Of a stretch of 64,000 nucleotides of DNA, positions 23,804 through 36,615 are shown piece by piece. Source of the stretch: Octopus vulgaris (taxonomy: Eukaryota); assembly GCA_951406725.2 (NCBI GenBank), contig OX597824.1, positions 20,460,001 to 20,524,000 on the forward strand, read 5' to 3'. The notes beneath the pieces are model-generated. The model made no database searches, had not been told where the DNA came from, and saw nothing but the letters and a program-made list of their open reading frames with translations. A program made the position numbers and the translations under genes. How positions within the stretch are numbered: the stretch's first letter is position 1; each line of letters starts with the position of its first letter.

Positions 23804-24930
23804 CTGCATTTAGCAATTTTAAGGGCCTAAAATTATCTACGTGGCTCATCTTGTTTGACCCCTTTTCTTAGCAATGTTACCGTTCTTCGGCTCACAGAAC
23901 TAGAAACTCTCCCGTTCTGCTGCCTGTTGCGGTTGATATTTACCAAGATGTCTCCAAACAAGTTAAGGCGGCGAGCTGGCAGAACCGTTAGCACGCCGGG
24001 CGAAATGCTTAGCGGTATTTCGTCTGCCGTTACGTTCTGAGTTCAAATTTCGCCGAGGTCGACTTTGCCTTTCATCCTTTCGGAGTCGATAAATAGAGTA
24101 CCAGTTACGCACTGGGGTCGATGTAATCGACTTAATCCGTTTGACTGTCCTTGTTTGTCCTCTCTGTATTTAGCCCCTTATGGGTATTAAAGAAATAGGT
24201 ATTTCGTCTGCCGCTACGTTCTGAGTTCAAATTCCGCCGAGGTCAACTTTGCCTTTCATCCTTTCGGGGTCGATAAATTAAGTACCAGTTACGCACTGGG
24301 GTCGATGTAATCGACTTAATCCGTTTGTTTGTCCCCTCTATGTTTAGCTCCTTGTAGGCAATAAAGAAAAAAAAAGATGTCTCCAAACAAGTTTTCCTTG
24401 TGAAAGTAAAGCTCGTAGAGTAGATCATACAAGCCAAACGATTTGTACCCCGTGCAGCTAATTATTGTTTCCCGTATTTCCGCGGCTGTTATTGGTGTTT
24501 TACAACACTTGCCCTCCCTTTCTGAGAGTCCCGGCAAGCCAACGAGGTAAGCACTGAGATCCTTCCTGCGTTCTGGCCCACCATTGGTCCCGAACAGTCG
24601 AGCGAAGTGCTACTTAAATGCCGTACACATCTACTCGGGCTCGAATAGCATGCGCCAATTATAGTTCACAAAAGACCGAATTGGGGTTTTGCTTTCACGT
24701 TGCGCCTCTACCACTCGGACTCATCAAGCGACTTTCTTACCCCTCGCGTCTTACAACAAGCATTTGGCTCTGATAATGCAGACTTCGTGCTTTGTGTTGA
24801 AGAATTTATCGAGAGCTAATCTCACCGCGATCACATCAGTTGCGATTCCTTTCCCATGAGCATCTTGTAAGTTTCTAAGTTTCCTTCTGTTCGATTTTTC
24901 TCTATCGCTACGACCTTACTAAACCTAATC
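23797..24930 (-). mobile_element. Second Tx1/L1-clade ORF2 fragment (linker and start of RT) interrupted by SINE A
   Basis: Minus-strand translation gives LSEREGKCCKTPITAAEIRE...KSFGLYDLLYELY (KSPGxDGLPxExY-like) and VTLLRK...DNFRPLKLLNADF (RT N-terminal motif). Confidence 0.8.
23967..24373 (+). mobile_element. SINE family A dimer with 20-bp TSD
   Basis: AAGATGTCTCCAAACAAGTT at 23945-23964 and 24374-24393. Confidence 0.92.
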
Positions 24931-25100
24931 GATGTCTTCTGTGTAGACGACAGTTTTGAAATGTGGACAACCTATGCTATCTTTATCTACTGCCCTTCAG
25001 AATACTCTACCAAGATACGAACGTAGACGACCCGATGTGGTTTGTCCATGTCTACGTTGGCTTCAGATAAAAATTCTTATAAAACAAATGCAAATTGTAA

Positions 25101-25401
25101 TCTATATATATATAAGTGAAGTTGTGTGCTGTCTGTCTCCTACGATTTAGATTCCTAACTACTCCAACATTTTGCGGTGCAGTTTAACCAAAAGCGGGTA
25201 TCTTATAGTCGTGATTCATATCGAGCCCTTCTGGGTATTAGCGCGCGTCTACGATGAGTCTACGATTTAAAAAAAAAATTACCATCATTTTTTTCCATTT
25301 TTAATGATTTTTGCTTGGGTTATATAAGGGAAATAACTCTCTAAAATGCTTATATAGTTATTTCCCTTACAAACCCGAGCAACGCCGGGCGATACTGCTA
25401 G
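25101..25401 (+). mobile_element. Non-autonomous Helitron
   Basis: A|TC...CCCGAGCAACGCCGGG...CTAG|T. Confidence 0.85.
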
Positions 25402-26375
25402 TATTTATTAAAAATAAATTCTAAATATTTTAACGAGTCAACAAAATTAAATGATCCTCCATACTTCGGGGATAATTATGTCTTAATGGAAATATTAATA
25501 TTTCTAAGTCCCCCTAAAGGAGACTACGGCAGCGGTACTGGATATTAATAGTTATCGCCAAGCTAATATGGCAGTCCAGAAATATAGGACGAATGCTGCC
25601 GTTGATTAGCTCCAAGAGGCCATCGCCTCTAGCTAGCTATGTGACACACGAACCTGTGTCCATTATAACCTTCGAACAAGGGAGGTCAGACGCTTCCCCT
25701 AGCTGGTCAGGCATCTGCAGGTATTTGCCCCTTATCAATACAGAGCAGCTGAACCCGGCTGTCTTAATGATTCAGGCGGACACAGTAGTAGTAGCTTTCC
25801 CAGGATTTCAAACTAAATGTGAAGGGATGTTGGAAAATACCAAAAGGCATTGTATCCAGGGCTGTATGATTCTGCTTGCTCCCGTGTTTAATGTTAAATT
25901 TTTTTTTTTAATCATAACTGAAATAGGAAGACGATATACCAGACTCAAATTAATTTTGCAGAAGGAAGGAAAAAAATAGGAGGTCGTAATGTTTATTCTG
26001 TACTCGATGACATCAACAGACTAAATAAACTGAAGTGACTTCGGTTAGAGAGTGAAACTAAAACTTCATTCTCGGTTCATGAATTTAATTCATCTTCTAG
26101 ACACACTCTTCACCACCGAAAAATAAAAGCAAAATAATTCAAATTCATTTGAAAAATATTTGGGTTCAAATATCATCTTCCTTGCCGTTCCTTTTTAGAT
26201 TTAAATTTGAGATGCTCCATATGCAGACATTTATGTAACTTGAAAACAGAATCTACCATGGTACTGAAAAAAATTACAGCAAGGAATAAATGATAATTTC
26301 ACGCTTAAAACCTGAAGACTCTCGATGATATTTTCAAAAACGTCGTATGGGTCACCATACCTCAAATCATAATAA

Positions 26376-27026
26376 TCTTTTCTACTCTAGGCATAAGGTC
26401 CGAAATTTGGGGGAGGGGGATGGGTCGATTACATCGACTCCAGAATTCAACTGGTACTTATTTTATCGACCCCCGAAAGGATAAAAGGCAAAGTGGACCA
26501 CGACGGAGTTGGAACTTGGAACGTAAAGACGGGCGAAATACCGCTAAACATTTTGCCTGGTGTACTAACGGTTCTTATTTCTTTACTGCCCACAAGGGGC
26601 TACACACGGAGGGGACAAACAAGGACAGACAAACGGATTAAGTCGATTACATCGACCCCAGTGCGTAACTGGTACTTATTTAATCGACCTCAGTGCGTAA
26701 CTGGTACTTATTTAATCAACCCCGAAAGGATGAAAGGCAAAGTCGATCTCGGCGGAATTTGAACTCAGAACATAGCGGCAGACGAAATACTTATTTCTTT
26801 ACTACCCATAAGAGGCTAAACACAGAGAGGACAAACAAGGACAGTACAAGCGGATTAAGTCGAATATATCGACCCCCCAATGCGTAACTGGTACTTATTT
26901 AATCGACCCTGAAAGAATGAAAAGCAAAGTGGACCACGACGGAATTTGAACTTAGAACGTAAAGACGGGCGAAATACCGCTAAACATTTCACCTGGCGTA
27001 CAAACGGTTCTGCCAGCTCGCCGCCT
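26376..27026 (-). mobile_element. Nested SINE family A cluster
   Basis: Three body units, two tail types, one complete head. Confidence 0.85.
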
Positions 27027-27453
27027 AATCTCAAATCATAATAACGGAACGTGTTAGCCTGAGAGTTTGTCGCCAAAATATTATTTTTTTACCCTTATTT
27101 CAAAGCATCAAAACCCTACATTTTTGTTCTTTCTGTTTATTAGTTGGTGAAATTAGTCATATATATATATGAACCGTCCCGTTAAATTTAGTCATTTGTA
27201 GTTTAGGTGTGTTGAACTTGTAAACGAAAAAAAAATAGGTTTATCTCTCCAAAATCACACACTTCTATGGTTTGAGACTGTTATCTTCATACATACGAAC
27301 ACTTTCACCATTGAGTGATCCTGCGTAGTATCAGAGTAAAGGTAGGTTGACAATAAAAACCAACAGTTCTGAGTATTCCTTGGTTGGAGGCACGATATTA
27401 TGAAACTTTGTATAATCCGATCCATTAATAGATTTTTAATTATTATATAAACT

Positions 27454-27485
<32 letters not shown>

Positions 27486-27512
27486 TGCACACACGCACAT
27501 ATATATAAACTC

Positions 27513-27934
27513 GGATCTTTTCGGTTTGACCGGCAGTTTTTTCTAGCGGTGTCATATGAAATTGTCACCCATAATTATGACCCTAGTATCGATCTATTGC
27601 ATTTCAATCTGTTTTAGGGTTAGGGTTAGTTAGGGGTGGGGGGAAGGTATCTTTTTTTCTTCAGAAATGTAAATAAACCCAATCTGTTTCTTAAACGAGG
27701 GACATATTCATACGGCACAAAATGTTTTTTACCTCAATAGACGTCACTGATTGGTTGAAATTGCAGAAATTGAAGAAAAAAACCCCCCAAATATCTTACA
27801 AACCATAGAATTTTCTCAATAAAGCCAAGAGAAAAAGATGTTTTATAAACACATTCTACCAGTATACGAAGTTTAAAAGTGTTTAATTACGTAGAAATTA
27901 TCTTAAAAAACTGCCGGTCAAACCGAAAAGATCC
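27513..27934 (+). mobile_element. MITE with GG termini and 8-bp TSD (Merlin-like; superfamily inferred)
   Basis: Perfect ~30-bp TIRs GGATCTTTTCGGTTTGACCGGCAGTTTT; TSD ATAAACTC at 27505-27512 and 27935-27942; internal TTAGGG repeats. Confidence 0.9.
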
Positions 27935-28174
27935 ATAAACTCTATAGTCTTTATATAAAGTTCTTGCTTATGTACACGTGTGTGTATGTACGCTTATGTG
28001 TGCATGCGTATATGAAATCTATAAACGTATAAATACACGTGTATATATATATATAAACACTTACACATACGTGGCTTTTTATAAATGTAACAAAATCTAA
28101 AGAGTAAAACATGAACCGAGAAGTCATTTAATACGTTTATGTAGAGTATTAGGTTTATTTTTAAAGAGTTTTCG

Positions 28175-28991
<817 letters not shown>

Positions 28992-29296
28992 CGGAACTTT
29001 TTAATAGGCAGGATAAAAATATTTGGGCAAAGGAAGAAGCAAAAAATAATCTGGGTGGATCGGATGCAGTTTTGGAGGCAGCAGAAATATAAATAAACTT
29101 AGGGGTAAGACAGGAAAACAAATATGTAAACAAAAAAGGTAATTTATCAAAGAAGACGGGTGGAAGCATTTAAGACATTCGCGTTACAGTCGTCTGCTGT
29201 GTGGTACCCTGGGTGTGTGCCATTTACCATGGCGCCGGGTTTAACCATTGTCACACACCGTAACACACTGACTTCTCCTGGGTATTACGTGAAGGT

Positions 29297-29510
29297 GGAG
29301 GCGCAGTGACCCGGTGGTTAGAGCAGCGGACTCGCGGTCACAGGATCGCGGTTTCGATTCCCAGACCGGGCGTTGTGAGTTTTTATTGAGCGAAAACACA
29401 CAAAAGCTCCACGAGGTTCCCACATTCTTTCTTCCTGTTTCTGTTGAACCCGTATTTCGAAGGGCCAGCCTTGTCACGCTGAATCTCACCGAGAACTGTG
29501 TTAAAAAACT
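29297..29510 (+). mobile_element. tRNA(Arg)-like headed SINE sharing its tail with family D, internally deleted
   Basis: Head GTGGTTAGAGCAGCGGACTCGCGGTC...GGTTTCGATTCCC with a TCG anticodon-like loop; related pieces at 42140-42428 and 62485-62745. Confidence 0.7.
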
Positions 29511-29533
29511 TAAAATACATTGGTTTAGGTACA

Positions 29534-29806
29534 CTGTTCTTCACTCCTGCTCCAGAGCGTCGGCTGCGGGGTCACTCCGAAAAGCTCTATCTGCGACGAT
29601 TTCATCTCAATCTCCGTCCGGGTTGCGGATCCGTGGAATAAGCTGCCGGACGAGATAGTGAAGATGCTAACGACCGCTCGGTTCAAAGTCTCTCTTGACC
29701 AGAAATGGCCTGAACTCTTTGCATGAACACCACCCTGTACATAACTCCATGTCCCCCTACATGGCCTTGCTTTTTGCTTTTTGAGCCAAAAAATTAACTA
29801 ACTAAC
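29534..29806 (+). mobile_element. CR1-clade LINE 3' end
   Basis: Translates to LRGHSEKL and, after a deletion, RVADPWNKLPDEIV...FKVSLD*, typical of the CR1 ORF2 C-terminus; short 3' UTR and (TAAC)n tail. Confidence 0.85.
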
Positions 29807-29859
29807 ACACTAATTCATATATATGTATATATATATATATGTAGATAATCTTTTTTTCT

Positions 29860-30030
29860 TTTAATTTGTTTCAGTCATTTGACTGCAGCCATGCTGGAGC
29901 ACCGCCTTTAGTCGAACAAATTGGTCCCAGGGCTTATTCTTTGTAAGCCTAGTACTTATTCTATCGGTCTGTTACGGGGGTATAAACACACCAATATCGG
30001 TCGTCAAGCGATGGTGGAAGACAAACACAG

Positions 30031-30063
<33 letters not shown>

Positions 30064-30202
30064 AGACAGACTTCTTCCAGTTTCCGTCTACCAAATCCAC
30101 TCACAAGGCTTTGGTCGGCCCGAGGCTATAGTAGAAGACACTTGCCCAAGGTGCCACACAGTGGGACTGAACCCAGAACCATGTGGGTAAGCCACTCCTG
30201 CG

Positions 30203-30252
<50 letters not shown>

Positions 30253-30325
30253 GACAATTGCCCAAAGTGCCACGCAGTGGGACTGAACCAAGAACCATGT
30301 GGTTGGGAACCAAGCTTCTTACCCA
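29860..30325 (-). mobile_element. SINE family B with deletions plus a partial second head
   Basis: Family B blocks in reverse orientation. Confidence 0.8.
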
Positions 30326-30429
30326 CGAAGAAATAGCTAAATTAGCTCTGATTAGATGTCTACTATATGTACTAGTATCGAACAGTGAGAATAAGAGCTC
30401 ACCACCGCAAGGGTGAATAGATATATATT

Positions 30430-30830
30430 CTTTATTTGCGTATTAACAAGGCAACCAATAGTTTCATGTGGAAGAGATCTCTACAATTATTCAAGCGAAC
30501 AACTTCGGAATATTGTTACCCGTCTCCATTTTGGATGAGGACACACGAAGCTGGTTATGGCTGGACAGTAAGTTGACCGGACATAACCAACGACTATGTA
30601 AAATATTACTACTAAAAAAACGGGAAGGTTTACGAAAATAAACAAAAGACGAAGGCAGGTGGAGTACAAACAAACAAATGTATTAGTATGGCGCTCAGGA
30701 ATAGAAATAGAACAAGTCTTTTATGTTTCGAGCCTACGTTCTTCGACAGAAAGATACACAGACAAGAAACAAGGAGAGAAACAAGGAGAGAAAAAAATGC
30801 GTGTAGGTGCTAACGGTCCATAATGGCGTT
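30430..30830 (-). mobile_element. Probable Penelope-like terminal remnant
   Basis: Minimal hammerhead-like motif followed by CCTGAGCG and a T-rich tract, the same layout as 38335-38590. Confidence 0.45.
30717..30754 (-). ncRNA. Degenerate minimal type I hammerhead-like motif
   Basis: UCUUU-CUGUCGA-A-GAAC(GUAG)GCUC-GAAACAUA-AAAGA: 5-bp stem I, core substitution A6U. Confidence 0.4.
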
Positions 30831-31196
30831 CTTATATATCTCTTATTATAAAAGGCAGATTTTATCTGCCTCCCTTTGTATCTTATAGAAATCTACAATA
30901 TAGGATTTCTTCAATTACAATTTACCTAGCATTTTTAAGAGTAGAATGCATCGGGTCGTGCCAGGTCCAGTTTTTAAAATTTCAACCCCAATTAAGCAAA
31001 ATTTAGAGAAAACTCACATTGTGGTGTATATGTCAAATGCTTTTCTTAGTGTGGGCTACAGCACACGCAAACGCACACACACACAAACGGAGCGAACTGT
31101 TTCACTGACGCTATCACTCTAATTTCTCCTTTCTCTTTGCAAGTTTGCAACGATTAAAATGAAAACAGTGAATCCGACAGCGATTAAGAAAATGAA

Positions 31197-31815
31197 TTGG
31201 CACCTGAATGGAGTGAAAATTTAAAAACTGTTTCTTTCGGTGATTTTTCTGAAGAAACTGCACCAAGCCACAGACTTTCCCAGAAGAGTAAAGCCTTAGA
31301 CTATTTCTATTTACTTTTTCGAATGAGCCTAGTTGAAATCATTACGGCGGAAACGAACCGTTACGCTAAATGTAAACAAAACGAAAGAAAGGATAGTTTG
31401 TTATTTCCCACAACCTTAAATGAAATTAAGGCCTATTTTGCCATAAATATTATTATGGGTATCAGAAAGTTACCCAAAATAACAAATTCTATCGTAAAAT
31501 TTTGTTGTATACCCAATTGAATATTAGCTAATAACCTATTTTCTATAGCGATGTTTGAACAAAATTTTAATAATTTTATATATTGTTGAATTTACCTGTA
31601 TCTACCTGCAACTAGAGTCACTTTGTGACAAAAATTATAGTATAGAATTGGTTGAGAACATTTCATTAAATTATCTTCCAAAAATCAGATTAATATATTG
31701 ATAAATAAAAAAGTTATTGTTGTTTAATGAAACCAGACTAAATTTATGATTACGTTAGAAAATAATTGAAACACATAAGGGGTGTATTTCGGTCAGAAAT
31801 ATAGTAACGAAAGGG
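31197..31815 (+). mobile_element. piggyBac remnant: transposase N-terminal fragment and right terminus
   Basis: LDYFYLLF...ETNRYA...TTLNEIKAYFAINIIMGIRKLP matches the piggyBac/PGBD N-terminal block; element ends ...AACGAAAGGG|TTAA. Confidence 0.8.
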
Positions 31816-31927
31816 TTAAGAAAAGCCAAAAAATATTTTATTCTTTATAAATGTTGTATTCAAAATAACATTTTCTTTTAAGAATGTGTATATAACAAAG
31901 TATGTGTATATAACTACGTGACTTATA

Positions 31928-32325
31928 TCTTTATATATAAAACTGAAGTTGTGTGTCTGTCTCCTACGATTTAGATTCGTAACTACTCCCACATTTTGCG
32001 GTGCAGTGTAACCAAAACCGGGTATCTTATAGTCGTGAGTCATATCGAGCCCTTCTGGGTATTAGCGCGCGTCTACGATGAGTCTACGATTTTTTAAAAA
32101 TTTACCATCATATTTTTCCATTTTAATGCATTTTTTTCGCTATTATATAAGGGAAGTAACTCTCTAAAAATATCTACGATGTGTCAACGATTTAAAAAAA
32201 AATTTACCATAATTTGTTTTCCATTTTTAATGCATTTTTTTCCTATTTTTTGGCTATAACTCTCTAAAAATGCTTATATAGTTATTTCCCTTACAAACCC
32301 GAGCAACGCCGGGCGATACTGCTAG
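31928..32325 (+). mobile_element. Non-autonomous Helitron
   Basis: A|TC...CCCGAGCAACGCCGGG...CTAG|T; two internal repeat units. Confidence 0.87.
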
Positions 32326-32726
32326 TATATATATATAAGATTATCTGAGTAATGATTTCACTTTACTCCAATTCACTCAGCTATGAGTTGCATCCATAAG
32401 TGGGAATTCAATCCTGCAACAAACCGGTTCCCATTCAGCTAGGTGAAGTGATGTAACCTCAGTCAGTTATACACCAAAAAACCGAGTCAAGCCTTATGAG
32501 TCGTGATAGATCTGAGTGCGTGATTTAAAGATTTGGCTGCTGTTTCTAGCCGTCGACAGCCTACCTCAAGCTTCCCGCATGATGTCGGCCTGGGATTAAA
32601 CAACATCATGCCAGTGATTTTATATTGTCTACTCCCAGAACGGCCCTAATCGATCAGATTTATAATCAAAGATATTTCCACCCAGGGTCACATTTCCCAA
32701 CGTAGCCTTTCCCTAAGACGATAGGG

Positions 32727-33163
32727 GGATCTTATCGGTTTGAACGGCAGTTTTTAAAAATAATTTCCACGTAACTAAACACTTTTAAACTTCGTATACT
32801 GGTAGAATGTGTTTATAAAACATCTTTTTCTCTTGGCTTTATAGAGAAAATTCTATAGTTTGTAAGATACTTGTTGTTGTTTTTTCTTCAATTTCTGCAA
32901 TTTCAACCAATCAATGACGTCTGTTGAGGTGAAAACATTCTGTGCCGTATGAATATGTCCCTCGTTTTAGAAGCAGATTGGGTTTATTCACATTTCTGAA
33001 GAAAAAGATACCTTCCCCCCACCCCTAGCCCTAACTAAGTCTAACTCTAACCCTAACCCAAAAACAGATTGAAATGCAATAGATCGATACTGGGGTCATA
33101 ATTATGGGTGACAATTTCATATGACACCGCTAGAAAAAACTGCCGGCCAAACCGAAAAGATCC
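32727..33163 (-). mobile_element. Second full copy of the GG-terminated MITE
   Basis: TIRs as at 27513; TSD CGATAGGG at 32719-32726 and 33164-33171. Confidence 0.9.
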
Positions 33164-33534
33164 CGATAGGGTTTCATTCGTGAGAGATTTGACTGCTTTT
33201 TTTAGCAGGTCCAACGACCACGAAAAGCTGATCTCGTGGGTCCGAAACTAAAACTTGATATTTGTTAAAAGCATGATTAATAAATGGTGGCGTACATCAC
33301 AAAATAAGGTAATAAACGCTGTTGTTTCTCTTGTCCCTTATATCTCCTTTGCTGGCCATAGAACAGAAAACAAGCCCCGCTCCCCTACTGAGCACAGCTC
33401 CTAATGTTACGTGTTTTTGTCAATTCTAACGTTCCTTCTTGTCTAAGCCTACATTTATTGAAAGTTCAAATTACAGTGACTGATGTCTACGAATATACTC
33501 CCTGCTATGTAACAACAAGGTGTGGTGTTTGTAT

Positions 33535-33535
33535 A

Positions 33536-33581
<46 letters not shown>

Positions 33582-33584
33582 CGC

Positions 33585-33639
<55 letters not shown>

Positions 33640-33667
33640 TGTGTGTGTGTGGAGACCTCGAGTTATG

Positions 33668-33713
<46 letters not shown>

Positions 33714-33998
33714 GTGTGCGTGTGTGTGTGTGTGTGGAGACCTCGAGTTATGATGTGTGTGTGTGTGTGTGCGTGTGCGTGTGTGTATGCGCGTGTGTGT
33801 GTGTGCGTGTGCGTGCGTGTGTGTGTGGAGACCTCGAGTTATGATGTGTGTGTGTGTGTATGCGTGTGTGTGTGTGTGTGTGTGGAGACCTCGAGTTATG
33901 ATGTGTGTGTGTGTGTATGCGTGTGTGTGTGTGTATGACCTCGAGTTATGATGTGTGTGTGTGCGTGTGCGTGCCTGCGTGTGTATGCGTGTGTGTGC

Positions 33999-34050
<52 letters not shown>

Positions 34051-34067
34051 AGACCTCGAGTTATGAT
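33535..34067. repeat. (GT)n array punctuated by six copies of a 19-bp motif
   Basis: GGAGACCTCGAGTTATGAT x6, one copy shortened at its 5' end. Confidence 0.95.
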
Positions 34068-34533
34068 GTCTTTTTTATCGCAAGAATCCTGGCTCTGTCT
34101 CAGCGGAATTGTTTGTTTGTTTCGAAGCTAGATTCCTCTCAAAATAGATATCGTTAGATCAGAAATAACAAATGAAATTTCTGACATTATATCCTAAAAT
34201 TTCACCAGCAAAAAAAAAAAAAAAAAATTAGACCCCACCCTACCGTCTTTCCCTTACCCCCACCCCCACCCCCAAACAAAAACCTTCTTTCTCTCAACAC
34301 ATACACATGTACACTTGCATTCGTATGTGTTGTGTATGTATTTATTCACCTGTCTTTGTTATGAACACACACACACACACACACATATCAATACACAACA
34401 CAACACACGTATATATATTTGTGTATATATGTATGTTTATATTTATGTATATATAAACATGTGTGTATATACATATATATATATCTATATCTGTATACAT
34501 ACATATGTATATCAATCTATCTGTCTATCTATC

Positions 34534-34564
<31 letters not shown>

Positions 34565-35060
34565 GCTGGGTGGCTTGCTAGATAAATAGATAAATAGATA
34601 AAATATACACATAAGATAGCGTGCAGGCATACGCTCTCTCTCTCTCTCTTTCCTTCTTTCTTTCTTTCATTCATTCTCTCTCACTCACACACACACACAC
34701 TCACACAAATATTCATACACACACACACACACACACACACACGCACGTACGCACGCAATTCCACAAGACTCTGCAGAGCAGTTTCGCTTTTCTGCTCGCA
34801 CCCTAGAACAGGCCCAGCTGACGGCGTCAATTTTTTACACACCACAAACAATCTATTGTAATTTATTTCACGACGAATAATATTTTAATACATACATATT
34901 CACTAAGAACACTATTATCTGTATCGTCTGTCTGAATCGTTGGTGCGTCGAACAAAATGGCCTACAGTATCTGTTCCTGCTCGTTACGTCCTGAATTCAT
35001 ATCTGGCCGATATCAAATTTGCCTTTCACCATTTCGAGGCCGATAAGATAAAATAAAATA

Positions 35061-35228
35061 CGCAGGAGTGGCTGTGTGGTAAGTAGCTTGCTAACCAACC
35101 TCATGGTTCCGGGTTCAGTCCACTGCGTGGCATCTTGGGCAAGTGTCTTCTGCTATAGCCCCGAGCCGACCAACGCCTTGTGAGTGGATTTGGTAGACGG
35201 AAACTGAAAGAAGCCTGTCGTATATATG

Positions 35229-35259
<31 letters not shown>

Positions 35260-35466
35260 TTGTGTGTCTCTGTTTGTTCCCCTAGCATTGCTTGACAACC
35301 GATGCTGGTGTGTTTACGTCCCCGTCACTTAGCGGTTCGGCAAAAAGAGAGCGATAGAATAAGTACTGGGTTTACAAAATGAATAAGTCCCGGGGTCGAG
35401 TTGCTCGACTAAAGGCGGTGCTCCAGCATGGCCGCAGTCAAATGACTGAAACAAGTAAAAAGAGTA
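35061..35466 (+). mobile_element. SINE family B, full length
   Basis: Matches family B; followed by diverged A and B copies to about 37000. Confidence 0.9.
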
Positions 35467-36615
35467 AAAAAAAATACCAGTCCAGTATTGACTATCTCCA
35501 CTTCGCTCAAAACTGAAAGCTTCGCACCTAAATTTCGGAGCAAGAGTTATTGAGGGCGGCGAGCTGGCAGAATCGATAGGGTCGGACAAACGCTTCAAGT
35601 TGTTTCTTCTGGATTTTTATGTTCAGAGTTCCAATCCCGCCTTGGTCAACTTTGCTTTCATCTTTCCGGAACCCATAAAATAAAGTACTTGTTCAAAACT
35701 AGGATCGAAGGGATCAACTAACCTGACGCCCTCCAAATATGCTGGCCTTGAGCCTAAATTAAAAGCTAACACTACATTGTTTTTTTCTTTTCTTTTTTTT
35801 TCATGGAAAATATTGTCAAGTTTATCATAGGCTCAGGCGTGGCTGTGTGCTTCCCAACCACATGGTTCCGGGTTCAGTACCGCTGCGTGGCACCTTGGGC
35901 AAGTGTCTTCTACTATAGCCTCGGGCCGACCAAAGCCTTGTGGCTGGATTTGGGAGACGGAAACTGAAAAAAAAACCGTCGTATATATATTGTTGCTATT
36001 TTGCTAAACTGTCGTATGTCCAAGTTTGGCGAAATATTTATTTTTGGTTAAGGCAGAGAGCTGGCAGAAATACTTAGAGGTATTTCGTCTATTTTTACGT
36101 TCTGAGTTCAAATTCTACCGAGGTCGACTTTGCTTTCATCCTTTCGGGGTCGATAAATTAAGTAACAGTTGCGTATTGGGGTCGATCTAATCGACTGGCT
36201 CCTTCCCACAAAATTTCGATCCTTGTGCTTAGAGGAGAAAAGAGTATTTTCTACAACCATAAAATAGTTGACGGTTCATATTAATATCCCAAAGTCTTTT
36301 CTTGAAGAAGTAGATATTGAATGGCTGTGTGTAAGCAGAACAGTGTTGCTTCGTTATTCCACCCCTTTAATACCCTGATTATTTCATCAACACTTTACCA
36401 GAAGAATCATATTACATTATTATGTAATGTACTAAATACTACATCGAAACAGTATTATTTTAGTAATACTGGAAAATGTCAGCTCTTCGGGTGTATGTAT
36501 AAACGGGTTTACTGAACTGGCCCTTAATCCACAGAATATACACCTTTCGTTGATGATGGTATAAGCATTTTGTTAGCGTATGATAGTTGAAAAAAGAAAA
36601 AAAAAAAGAGATATT

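Noticed and set aside
29297-29372. tRNA-Arg gene
   Set aside because: Acceptor stem does not close and the sequence continues into a SINE body, so it is a SINE head
33651-34067. CRISPR-like repeat-spacer pattern
   Set aside because: Spacers are (GT)n of variable length, eukaryotic context, no cas genes
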